From the NCBI RefSeq assembly GCF_001194135.2, contig NC_068983.1:139807622-139849921 (forward strand): a stretch of 42,300 nt of DNA, in the 5' to 3' direction. This DNA comes from Octopus bimaculoides. Lineage: Eukaryota. Under the pieces are notes generated by a model that was not told the origin of the DNA, did not search any database, and saw only the letters and a list, made by a program, of their open reading frames with translations. Made by a program: the position numbers and the translations under genes. This document shows positions 11,758 through 23,841 of this stretch, in pieces; the stretch's first letter is position 1; each line of letters starts with the position of its first letter.

Positions 11758-12889
11758 TATCGCCGAGCAAACACGCGAACTTACTTCGTCCCCACTTTCA
11801 AGTTCATGCCTCACAGCGTTCATACACACATAATTTTTCCCGTCTGGCCGTATAGCCTTTTCCTTTTGTTTTCCTGTCTTGTATTTTGTCCGCCACTACA
11901 TTCCTCCATGGCACAGGTTTAATTTATGTATACAAATTTAATTTGCGGTCCATGGGAAGAGCCGTTTTTAACGATGCGTCCTACCCAGCTCTTCAAAACG
12001 CGGTGTTAAAACGGGGGTAGCTGATGAAGGAAAATGTTCTGTATGTGGCTTATGTGTTTTCTGTACTCTGATTATCATTATTTTCTTGTCTACGTTTTGT
12101 TTGCAATGTCCTGTACCCAAATATGCACCTATACATACAGGTGGATGTCGGTATGCACATACCTGTACGTATATATGCATACACTCATTTATTATTTGAT
12201 TTTACATGACCGAACGCCAGCGTCAACAATTTTGTAAGTAGTTATCTCAAATTTATATTTTCTGACGCTACTCTATCTCTTTCTCTATCACTTTTTCCCC
12301 CTCTCGTTCTTCCTCTGTTACTACTACGTATCTCTTTTTCCCCCTTCGTACTTCCTCTCTTCCTCTTTCTTCTCGTTGCTCACCTATTCTTCTACTTCCT
12401 CCTTTTGTTTCTCCCTCTACCACTCTCTTTCTCTCTCTCTCTCTCTCCCTTACACCGGCATGGTCACATGCTTCCGGTCACTAATCCTTTTCTTCCTTGG
12501 CTATCGCCGAACAAACACGCGAACTTACTTCGTCCCCACTTTCAAGTTCGTGCCTCACAGCGTTCATACACACATAACTTTTCCCGTCTGGCCGTATAGC
12601 CTTTTCCGTTTGTTTTCCTGTCTTGTTTTTTGTCCGCCACTACATTCCTCCATGGCANNNNNNNNNNNNNNNNNNNNNNNNNNNNNNNNNNNNNNNNNNN
12701 NNNNNNNNNNNNNNNNNNNNNNNNNNNNNNNNNNNNNNNNNNNNNNNNNNNNNNNNCTCTGATTATCATTATTTTCTTGTCTACGTTTTGTTTGCAATGT
12801 CCTGTACCCAGATATGCACCTATGCATACAGGTGGATGTCGGTATGCACATACTTGTACGTATATATGCATACACTCATTTATTATTTG
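11758..12889 (+). mobile_element. Partial tandem (about 1.6 units, 744-bp period), Penelope pLTR-like or retrozyme-like
   Basis: 11758-12198 is repeated at 12502-12889, with 8 substitutions in the 289 comparable bp by my count. A CT-rich segment (12200-12500) separates the copies. The unit has no ORF. The tandem is seen directly; the class assignment is inference. Confidence 0.8.
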
Positions 12890-12912
12890 TGTATATATAT
12901 ATATATATATAT

Positions 12913-12944
<32 letters not shown>

Positions 12945-13844
12945 GCCTGTGTCTGTGTGCCTGAATGTATTTATGTGTGTACGTGTGTGCGCGTGAACTT
13001 TTATATATATATATATGAAAAACAGTAAAATTGGCAGAGGTGGAGGATACAGAAGCGGACCTGCGGAGACATGATTTGTATAAGGACTTTCAGCAGTGTA
13101 CTCACATCGTGTGAGGGGAAGGAGGGATAACAAACGTATTAGAAAACCGTAAGTACAGTAAGTACAGACGCGCAAGGAAGATAAGCAATTACTGTAGCTG
13201 ACGAAATGCTTGAGTGCAGTGTCATCACATTTTCGATAAGCATTAGAAGGTATTCACTGTTTGAAATTATCTTCTTGCTTATCAGTCCAATCGTTTTATA
13301 CTTTCAGCATGTTTTAAGTAGTATATCTATATATATATATATATGTGTGCGTGTGTGTGTGTGTGTGCGTGTGTGTGTGTGTATGTGTGTGTGTGTGCNN
13401 NNNNNNNNNNNNNNNNNNNNNNNNNNNNNNNNNNNNNNNNNNNNNNNNNNNNNNNNNNNNNNNNNNNNNNNNNNNNNNNNNNNNNNNNNNNNNNNNNNNN
13501 NNNNNNNNNNNNNNNNNNNNNNNNNNNNNNNNNNNNNNNNNNNNNNNNNNNNNNNNNNNNNNNNNNNNNNNNNNNNNNNNNNNNNNNNNNNNNNNNNNNN
13601 NNNNNNNNNNNNNNNNNNNNNNNNNNNNNNNNNNNNNNNNNNNNNNNNNNNNNNNNNNNNNNNNNNNNNNNNNNNNNNNNNNNNNNNNNNNNNNNNNNNN
13701 NNNNGGAATACCGCTGCCATAGTCTCTTTTAGAGAGACTTAGAAATATTAATATTTCTATTTTTGAAAAGCAGTTGACGTATTCCAATGCATTTAGGTAA
13801 ATAATCCTTCGTAGAGACGGTCAGTACCGACGCCTGCTAGGTTC

Positions 13845-13915
13845 GGCTGCCCTACATTGATAAGTGGCAACACCCCGAAACTAGACTGTAGATGCCAGAC
13901 CAGCTAGGGGAAGCG
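13845..13915 (+). ncRNA. Degenerate type I hammerhead-ribozyme-like motif
   Basis: TTGATAA (13857-63, versus CUGAUGA), GTGG-caaca-CCCC stem II, GAAAC (13877-81), and an in-register partial stem III (CTAGACTG / CAGACCAG). Several core positions are mutated and stem I is weak. Confidence 0.35.
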
Positions 13916-14554
13916 GCTGACCTCCCCTGTTCGAAGGTTATAATGGACACCAGTTCATGTGTCACATAGCTAGCTAGTGGCGATGGCCTCTTGGAGCTAA
14001 TCAACGGCAGCATCGTCCTACTCTTTTTTTCTGGACTGCCATGTTGGCTTGGCGTTAACTATTAATATATATATGTGTGTATACATAGATATACATACAT
14101 ATACACACAAGCGCGCACACACACATGTGTGTGTGTGTTTATGTGTGTGTGTGTTTGTGTGTGTGTGTGTTTGTTTGTGTGCGTGTGAATGTGTCTGGGT
14201 GTGCGCGTGTGCGGGGTAGTAGCGATATTGCTCGAGAAGAGATTTATTAAAATGTTAATTCTCTGGTTCGAGATATATAGTTTAGTTTTTCGTCAACCCT
14301 TAATATCTTATCCACATCATAACGATAAGTACCGGCAACCTCCGACCAATGGCGTCTTTTCGCGTTGCTTTCTTATCTCCCAAATGGAATCCTAGCATTG
14401 CCGACGTAGAACATGGGCATGCTTTAGACATGGCAGAACCAATCCATCTCTAAGGTTCGTCGTGAATAATTTTTATCCAGAGAGAAAGGCAAACAGTTAA
14501 AAAAAGACATGATATGAAATAAAGAAGAGTGGAACCGTATACAGGAACAATACT

Positions 14555-14610
14555 TTATTTATCGACCCAGAAACGATGACAGGTGAGTATCAAACTCATG
14601 AAGTTGGAAA
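14555..14610 (-). mobile_element. Fragment of SINE family B
   Basis: tttattttatcgacccagaaacgatgacagg resembles tttaatttatcgaccctgaaaggatgaatg at 28670-28700. Confidence 0.5.
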
Positions 14611-15889
14611 TAAGAGCGCAGAGAGCAGCAGTAATCTAAGATTTCTACTAAAGTGCAGCCTTATTGCAGTCAAATGAAATGTCGAGCTAAATTCCTTAAA
14701 AATTTAGTTTCAGTTATGAATATTATATATTTACATCGCCTTAAGATGCAACATAGAAACCAATATAAGCCTTGAGATCGATTAGTTAGATTGTAGTTTT
14801 GTGTAACATACACCGAAAGTTTTTGTACTGCTTATGCGCAATGCGAAATATATTACCAAATATATTACCAGCTACCTGTACTAAATATATTACCAACTAC
14901 CCTTTAGGTGAAGTAAATGAGCCATAATTAAATCACCTCGTCATATATACTGTCTAGCTTCACTAGTCCATAGTCTGAGACTTAATCAGCTCCAAAAACT
15001 ATATATTCTGAAACAATGTATCAGCGAATCTGGGAAAAAAGCGCACATGACAGTAAAAAAGAAAAAAGACATAATTAAATAACGCTAAAACCGACAGGAA
15101 AACTACTGTTTTGCAGTTCAGTTCCTGTAAGTTTTAAATTCATTACAAATTCCATGGGAATTCCAACGTCAGATAGATTTCTACGTTCTGATGTTTTTCA
15201 AAGAGATGTTTAAAATCACACAATTAAAGAAGTGCCATTCCAGTAATAATGCAAAACTACATTCAAATAAAAGTAAGATAGAAAGAGAAGAGGAAACGAA
15301 AAGCATAACAGTGAACATATAGCTGAAACTAAACATCAATAAAATCGTGAATGAAAAATAAAATAACGGCTACAACAAATATTTCAATTTGGAAGACGTT
15401 TCAGGAAATATCATCTAGATTAAATGTCCAGTTAAATAACTAAGAGTAAGGTCACGCAAAGCATTAGCTTTTCTGTGAAGATTTTAATTGATTTTAATAA
15501 GAATGGATGACACATGCCAACGATTTTGACAAGTAATTTATTTTAGCAATCGCTTATTTTCTTCATGTTCTTTTCATATTATATGATTTTTAAATAGCGA
15601 TGTAAGTGAAGTCTTGCTAAATGATTTCACTCGTAAATATATAACATTTCCCAAACTCAACATACCGTGAGATGACCACCACATTATGGTATTGACCTCT
15701 TTCATGACATTTTGTCTTTTATTGCCATTCAAATCAAGGCTTACAATATTAGAGTAGGTAGAACTGATTGTTTACATTAGCAGTGGAACTGATATATTAC
15801 TGTCTTCGGCGTTGGTCCGCATATAGCTTCTACAGCGCAATTTACACAGACTCAGTCTGTGCAAACGGGCAAACACATACATATATACA

Positions 15890-16050
15890 TATCCATCCAT
15901 CCATCCATCCGTCCGTCTGTCCGTCCATCTGTTTGTTTGTTTGTCTGTATGTCTGTCTGTCTGTCTATATTTTTGTCTATTTATCTATTGATCAATCCTC
16001 CCGTCCATCTATCTGTCTGGCTATCTAATTATCCATCCATCCATCTCTCT
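15890..16050. repeat. Graded (CCAT)n/(CCGT)n/(CTGT)n/(CTAT)n low-complexity tract
   Basis: Directly visible. Confidence 0.85.
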
Positions 16051-16510
16051 TTCACTATCTTATATATATATATATATATATTTATATAATATATACACAT
16101 ATATATATATATATATATATACACATATTTGTTATTTATTGTATGTTATTTTATACTCATTAGCTTCACTTATTGAATAAGAGCAGCTGCTCAGCATTTG
16201 TTATCATATCCTGAACAATAATTTAATCCCATCTGTCCATTGATCCACACTGCAAATAATTGGATGTGTAGAGGTTATTATCAGTGAGGTAATTAATGCA
16301 ATCCCAAGTAAAAATGTCCGTATGTCAAAAATTATATTAATCAATATAGCATTAGCATGAGGAGAAAAATATTTGACTCATACAGGTATCATTACACCTT
16401 TGTCTTTAGCTACTCTAAAAATCATATTCGGCTATACATTTTCTATTTAAATTTTATATACTGAGCGATAAAAATAGTAAGATACTAAATATGTGAGTTT
16501 GCACTTCTTC

Positions 16511-16702
16511 TACTATAGGCGGAAGGCTTAATATTGGGTGGGAGGGGTCTAGTCATTTACATCGACCTCAGTGCTTGATTGGTACTAAATTTCTCGGACC
16601 GGAAAGAAGGAAAGATAAAGTTGATATCCGTGGAACTGGAACTCAGAACGTATAAACGGACAAAATACTGTTAGTTGTATTCTCTGGCATGATACCATTC
16701 TT
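16511..16702 (-). mobile_element. tRNA-SINE-like repeat, family B (diverged)
   Basis: Colinear with 28603-28778 (agtc...tacatcgacc.cagt...ggtact...gaaag..g...aaagt.ga...ggaa...gaactcagaacgta). Confidence 0.75.
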
Positions 16703-18145
16703 ATAAAGACTCCTGCTCATCGACTTCATGATAATAATCCTTTTTACTAGAGTCATAATGATTATGGACACGAAAATGACCTTCATTATGTAGCAAAAGC
16801 TTAGCAATTTTGTACACTTCATCACTGCCAAAACAAATTTTCGTCATTTAACGACACTAAAATTGTAAACAGCACAGCGACTTACTTGACAAATACAGAA
16901 ATCTGCTTCTTAATTTTCAAAAGAGAGCAAGTCATTATCTATGACAAAGAAGTGTCAAAATAGCAATACATTTCCTTTGATTTACGCTGTATTTTCATTT
17001 CATTTGCATCGAAGTGACGATAATTTGCAGTTTGGATCACTAATGAACAAAGAATATGTCTCCATAGAGTATATATATTTTCTTATATGTAACTAAGCAA
17101 TATTGGGGCAAAGAAACAGAAGTATAATAATGAAAAACAGCAAAGTCAAGGTCCAATCTTTGGCGATGTTTAGGCGTTGTGAACAACGAAGAGCATTGCA
17201 ATATAATTTCCATGCAATAATTCTAAAATTCCAACGCAATACGTCTAAAATGAGCAGCACTTTTAAAGTAATTTTTAGATGAACAAATAATTAACTCTGT
17301 ATGCAGTTTTAAAATATATTTACTAGACTGGATTTGTAATTAGATAAATAAATGTAAGATCACGCAACAATTTTAGTTTCATAATTCATTCTTTTTAACA
17401 ATTTCTCAAGAATATGTCACATGCCGTTTAGAAGTATTTTGTTTCAGCAGAGGATTTTTTTCATGGTATCTTATCCATATCATATAAATTTCAAGTATCT
17501 GCAAATGAAGTACTATATAAAATCTTTACTCGTAAATATATAATATTTCAGCAAAAAAGCGTTCTTACTGAAGACGCTTTGTGTATTGTATCACTGTGTA
17601 TAGTGCATGAAGGGCTTGTATCAAGGATTTCCTTAAAAATATGCTGTACTAGTTTACCATTGTGATGCATGTGGTCCACATAGAGTTAAGTACAGCGTAA
17701 TCACACACATAGTAACGGTGATGATATGTTTTGTTTGCTCACTTTCTTCGCTTGCCTCCTCTTACAAACTAACATAATACAGCGCTCACATCTGATAAAT
17801 TTATGGCAATAAATATTTGCTGCAATTGTCAAGTAAGAAGACGTATAGCTGCGATATATTTACATGGATTAATTGTATGTTGTGTAAAATTCTTGTAACA
17901 GACTGATAAGCAAGAGAAAAAAATCTGTTAGCTAATTCAATATACAGTATAGAATAGATGGATTACACAACACGCACACACACACACACATAATCGCACA
18001 CATACACACGCGTACACACACACACGGACACAAAAACACACTAGGGCACGCACGCATACAAGTACACACACTCAAGTCTACACAAATTTATTTAAAATAT
18101 ATTTATATATATATACTATGTTTATGTATCACTATATATCTGCGT

Positions 18146-18194
18146 GTATTCATGTTTCTAATAGTGTGTGGCACACTATTAGAAACACGAATAC
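18146..18194. repeat. Near-perfect 23-bp inverted repeat with 3-nt loop
   Basis: gtattcatgtttctaatagtgtg-tgg-cacactattagaaacacgaatac, one mismatch. Confidence 0.95.
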
Positions 18195-19998
18195 ATAGAT
18201 AAAGGTATACATCCATATTAACAATACAGTTATACAATACATACAGCTATACAAATATAAAAAGAATATTCAAATATACATTTGCATAGATGTATATATA
18301 TATAATATATAAGCACACATCCACATATGTATGCGGGTGAGCCTCATTTTATTTCTATTTATTTTGATATGAATATCATGTGATCGAAATGAAATTACAT
18401 TTGCTATCAAGAATTGGATCTTGTTTCTTAGGAGGAAACCTTTAATCTAAAGATCATGAAAATTATTAGGAAATTGTAAAAAGGGTGTGATAACTCATAA
18501 ATCGTTCAGCCTGAAAATAAGATTTCATCCTTTGACACTTAATTAAAAATATGGAGAAGATGGAAATAGATATATCTGTAGAATTCGTAATACATCTGGG
18601 AATGTTTTTCTCGAATTATTTTAATTACCTATTACGTATCTGTTAAATACAATAGTGATATTAGCAATCAAACATTTAATTTCCATGTTATAAACTGGAT
18701 ATGTGGCAAGCCGTTGCGCATTGAATGCAATCAAGGGATACATCACCTGTTATTATATAAACACCTAATTAACGACAAGTACTTACGCTGTTTTTTTTTT
18801 TGTGCTGAGCAATACGTCGAAATGGATTGATACTGCAGCTAAAGTTGTAACTTGGATGACGCATACGTATAATTTGTCAGAGTCCAAATACAAATTATAT
18901 TTGCTGAAAACAGATTCTCTGCACGTCAGCGTATAACATAACATTTACTTTATTGTCACAACTGATATTACATTTGTTTGCGTGCGCTCGTGTGCATGTG
19001 TGTATGTGTGAGTGTGTGTGTATGAGTGTGAGTGTATGTTCTGTGTGCGTTGGGGGCACACGTGTCACGTTAAAATAAAAATTCGATACCTTTCATTCTT
19101 TGCATGTTCGGCATAGCTTTTAGAGAACATTATCCGCTCCAAATTTCGTATTAAGTGATACGTATTTATAAAAAGCACATTCCCACATAAACTCAATCGG
19201 GATATGTATATTTACTGAGAAATTTACCATAAGCATAATAATTTCTCATAATGCCTTCATAAACTAACGTTCAGTATACATTAAAGGAAGTAAATATATT
19301 GGTTCCATATTTATTCTTCGTATGATTTTCATACAAAGTATAAAAATAACTTGGTAATAGAACATTTGCCTCAAATGATACTCCTATTTATGGCAAACCG
19401 TTTAATGAGATATATGAAATGAAGAAGAATGCATCACCAGATGGAACGTCTTGCATCCATTAAACAAAAATAGATATTGGGACCCTGAAATGTACTAATG
19501 TTCTTGAAGTTGATGTTGGCAAGGAGAGTATTGGTCGCTACAATCGTTACCCAACGAATGCTAAAAGTATGGAGAATTGGTTCCTCCTACTCAAACCCTA
19601 TTTACATTTCTACATATAAGAATTTGACGAAGTTTGTTCTTACAAGCTTCTTCAGTTATACATTTCATTTTTAGGACCACATAATGCAACATCTTCAGTT
19701 TCAAGGACCCACAAGTCTTCAATATCATTTTCAAAATGCTTGAGAGTCGTGTATGGTGTAGAGGGCGTGTGTTCAAACAGAAACTAGGTGATAAGGGTTC
19801 CAGATTGGCTACCTCGCAGCATGAAACACATATGAGGGCAACAGCATCCATCTCCTTCATTCACCAAATGCCACATATTAGAGGGGGTATATATAAATAT
19901 AAAAGATCTAGATTCAAAATTGAATGTGGTACTTACGATTAGACACCAGAATATAGTATGGTATTACTCAAACAATTCCAAAAACAAGGTGATCAAAA

Positions 19999-20329
19999 AT
20001 CAAAAGAGCAACACGGATTTTAAAGGTTATTGCAGTACGCACGTTTCATGCTACTCCATTTATTTAAGTAATGTGAGCATTACATTAGATACAAAATGCA
20101 GAGGAATCGACAACTGCACAAGAATATAGAAAATTACAGCAGAATGAACATATTACTATTGTGGCAACATTTAAAATCTAAGTGAGCAGAAGAATACATA
20201 AAAATCTATCTTGACATAGCCAAGGCTAGCAGGATAGATTTTTATGTATGGATATTGCTCTGCAATTTGAATTTAATGTAATGCTCGGTTTACTTAAATA
20301 AGCTTTAAAATCCGTGTTGCGTTTTTGAT
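19999..20329. repeat. Nested inverted duplication
   Basis: Outer arms 19999-20108 and 20251-20329 are inverted homologues (atcaaaa..gcaacacggattttaaag...ttatttaagtaa...gagcattacatta). Perfect 17-bp inner arms lie at 20194-20210 and 20233-20249. Confidence 0.9.
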
Positions 20330-20413
20330 ANNNNNNNNNNNNNNNNNNNNNNNNNNNNNNNNNNNNNNNNNNNNNNNNNNNNNNNNNNNNNNNNNNNNNN
20401 NNNNNNNNNNNNN

Positions 20414-20446
<33 letters not shown>

Positions 20447-22283
20447 ATTTAACTATTTCAGCTTCATAAAATATGTGAAACATACACCTGCTCTTTAAAA
20501 GTGGTGTGCTTTCTGGCAACTGCCAGGGTTATATTCAATGATTCATGTCGGGTGTTTCAATTCAACCCGGAGTGAAGCAAAACTTAGAGAAACTTGTATA
20601 CATATTATAAATGTTGAAACCTAAATATATAAAGTGAAAATTATTATGCCTGTGGGTAAATTACAATATTCAAAACATAAATATTATTCACATTAAAATT
20701 GATTTTGGGTAATGTGCTGCGTATATTCACGTGTTTTAAGCATGTGTTTATTCTTTAATCAATTTACTTATGCATATATGCCGTTGTAAACTGCTGTTGT
20801 AAACTGCTGTTGTAAACCACGTTGTTTAGAAAAAATATTTTATGCTAAATGTGGTATTTTGTATGTTATCTTTCTTTTTATATAAATGCCTACATGTTCC
20901 TAAAAGCACCTGTTGTGATTTATCAGCTATTACATTACCTCTTTATTGTGACATAAAAATTAACAATGACAGATTGTTAGTTTAAGCGTAATTTTTTAAT
21001 TTGCAAAATATAAGGAATGTTTTTATTCATTTTTCGATTATGTATAAGGAACTAGGTGATTCAGCAGGTTTTGCTCAGATACAAACGTGCCTATCTTCAG
21101 CTACAGCTTGTGAATGCAAACTCTCTGAATACAACTCTGTGAATACACAGCCATCACATACATTTCTGTGAGATTAGACTTGTATACTGAAGGCTTCTCT
21201 ATTTTCTCACACTTGGAAAACCTACTGCAATACTGGTTGATGACTGGAAAGTGAAGATTCCGAAAATACTTACATTCCTCTTATGTAGGCCGGTATTATA
21301 ATTTTTAACCTTTATTTTGGCAGTTCTCCAAGATTTTTCTCCTATTTTGCACACTTCTTCACGTTTCACTTCGTAGAACAGCGCAATATTAAGCACAATA
21401 ATCTATTTATTGCTAGTCTATGCTGTGGAAATTTCAGTAGTCTTCCTTAATAGAGGAGTAAATGCAAGTTTGAAATTGTGAAGAGAAGCTCCGACCTTGC
21501 CGCGGTAGGAAAGTTTACACGGACTTGGTAGAGAATCGTAGACATCAATAATGAAGCGAAAGTTTTGAAATTCTGCAGCCAAAATGTGTGTAGATCTGTG
21601 GATATATATGAGTACATGAATATATATGTATGTGTGTACGGGAATATATGTATGTATGTATATACTTATACGCACTCACACAGACACACACGCACACAAA
21701 GAAACATGCACAAACATACATTTATATATAATATAAGTGCATGGCATTGTATACTTGGTTCATATACCACTGTACCACAGCGAACTTGTAATGTGGTACT
21801 ACCGTGCGTTTCATTCCATCAAATCGCACTAGGTATTTACTTTCCTCATGTGTGAAAATATTTCTATTGGTCATTACGTTTGCCGATCTTTTGAATGAAG
21901 GAAAGGTAAAATAAGTGACAACAGATGTTGAACTGCATATTAGATATCACAAGATGAAGAGAGACGAAAGAAAACGCATATTCACGCGTAATTAAATGTG
22001 TAAATATATACAGGTATCTACACAGACATATACATACATACGCACGCACACACATAGACATACGCACACTCACATGTACACACTTAGAGACACTAACACG
22101 CTTACACACATACACTCACAAAAATGCACAAGAGAAAACAAATATTTGTGTGTGTGAGTGTAAGTGCTAGTATGTGTGGCGTTTGTAACGTACATGTTTA
22201 TGTAGCAAATTTCATTTTCTCTGAATGTTATGTAATACTGAAGCAGTACTAATTATATTGGCGGTGCTTCTGTACACCTGCAG

Positions 22284-22324
22284 CACCAAGGATGAAACTG
22301 ACAGAGGTTGAAAAGAACATATCT
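22284..22324 (+). CDS. Candidate 41-nt coding exon, unknown host gene
   Basis: acacctgcag acceptor and GTAAGT donor; open frame PRMKLTEVEKNIS, phase 1 to 0, compatible with the exon at 23842. Confidence 0.25.
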
Positions 22325-23134
22325 GTAAGTGTGTAGGTGTGGTTCGGTGTTTATGTGTGTGTGTTTGTGTATTTGTCTATGTGCTTGTGCGTGTGCTTGA
22401 AGATGTGTTTGCATGTGTATGTTAAGAGATGGATAGGTACACACAAGAACCCATATATTTATGCTTGTTCACATCCACCCACACCCATATGCATGCATAT
22501 AAGTAGATAGGTATGTGTACATATAAATATATATATATGTATATGCATACATTTATATATACACACCTATATACATATAACTATATGTTTGTACATATAT
22601 ATATGTATATATATATATATCCTTATATATTTATGTATATATATATATATNNNNNNNNNNNNNNNNNNNNNNNNNNNNNNNNNNNNNNNNNNNNNNNNNN
22701 NNNNNNNNNNNNNNNNNNNNNNNNNNNNNNNNNNNNNNNNNNNNNNNNNNNNNNNNNNNNNNNNNNNNNNNNNNNNNNNNNNNNNNNNNNNNNNNNNNNN
22801 NNNNNNNNNNNNNNNNNNNNNNNNNNNNNNNNNNNNNNNNNNNNNNNNNNNNNNNNNNNNNNNNNNNNNNNNNNNNNNNNNNNNNNNNNNNNNNNNNNNN
22901 NNNNNNNNNNNNNNNNNNNNNNNNNNNNNNNNNNNNNNNNNNNNNNNNNNNNNNNNNNNNNNNNNNNNNNNNNNNNNNNNNNNNNNNNNNNNNNNNNNNN
23001 NNNNNNNNNNNNNNNNNNNNNNNNNNNNNNNNNNNNNNNNNNNNNNNNNNNNNNNNNNNNNNNNNNNNNNNNNNGGGGGGTCAAACACAGACACACAAAC
23101 ACGCGCACATATATATATACATATACATACATAT

Positions 23135-23283
23135 GACGGGCTTCTTTCAGTTTCCGTCTACCAAATCCACTCACAAGGCTTTGGTCGGCCCGAGGCTATA
23201 GTAGAAGACACTTGCCCAAGGTGCCACACAGTGGGACTGAACCCGGTAAGCAAGTTACTTACCACACAGCCACTCCTGCGCCT
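23135..23283 (-). mobile_element. tRNA-SINE-like repeat, family A (best-preserved copy)
   Basis: Reverse complement begins ggcgcaggagtggctgtgtggtaagtaacttgc (A-box-like) and contains gggttcagtccc (B-box-like). Homologous to 8238-8380, 37651-37730 and 38805-38862. Confidence 0.9.
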
Positions 23284-23841
23284 ATATATATGCCGATATA
23301 TCTCTATGATTTTAAGGTATTTATGAAGTTTTCAGCGGTAAAGGCATAAAAGCGTACTTTCTGCTCAAAAATATTTCTGCTGTTCTTAGAAATATTGTCA
23401 AATACCGAAAATTCAAATTGCTATAACTATCAAAGACGTACAGTGTTTTGAATTTTCTTTTTTCACTGTTGTATGTAAGGAATTCGCTTGTCATATAATA
23501 TGCTAAATGTAGACGTATACTTTCTATTTATTTTAAAGGGCATTTTCGTTCTATTTCGAGTTGTCAGATTCATATTAAGTGGTTTTCTTTAATACACGTC
23601 TAATTGAAACCCAAGTATCACGTAAGTGACCTCAGAAATTTAAGGGCATTGAACCATTGCGGGGTCTGAACGATCCAGTTAGAATAAATCTGTATTTATA
23701 CACACACATACACACACGCACACACACACGCGCACAAACACACACGCACACACACACACACGCGCACAGACACGTATATGCATATATGCATACGGACATA
23801 CACCTGCGGGCGCACACCCATGTATCTTTTCCTTTTCACAG

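Noticed and set aside
13020-13160. Exon ending at tandem GTAAGT donors
   Set aside because: No good acceptor and all three frames stop before the donors.
14330-14470. Promoter (two CCAAT boxes, several CpG)
   Set aside because: Short motifs only, with no supported downstream first exon.
18787-18907. Minus-strand exon KYNLYLDSDKLYVCVIQVTTLAAVSIHFDVLLSTKKKT
   Set aside because: Splice signals are plausible but it spans a 12-nt homopolymer and has no coding-like composition.
20783-20826. 13-bp unit (ctgttgtaaactg) x3 as CRISPR or regulatory array
   Set aside because: No spacers; simple slippage minisatellite. The same applies to aaatatattacca x3 near 14845-14900.
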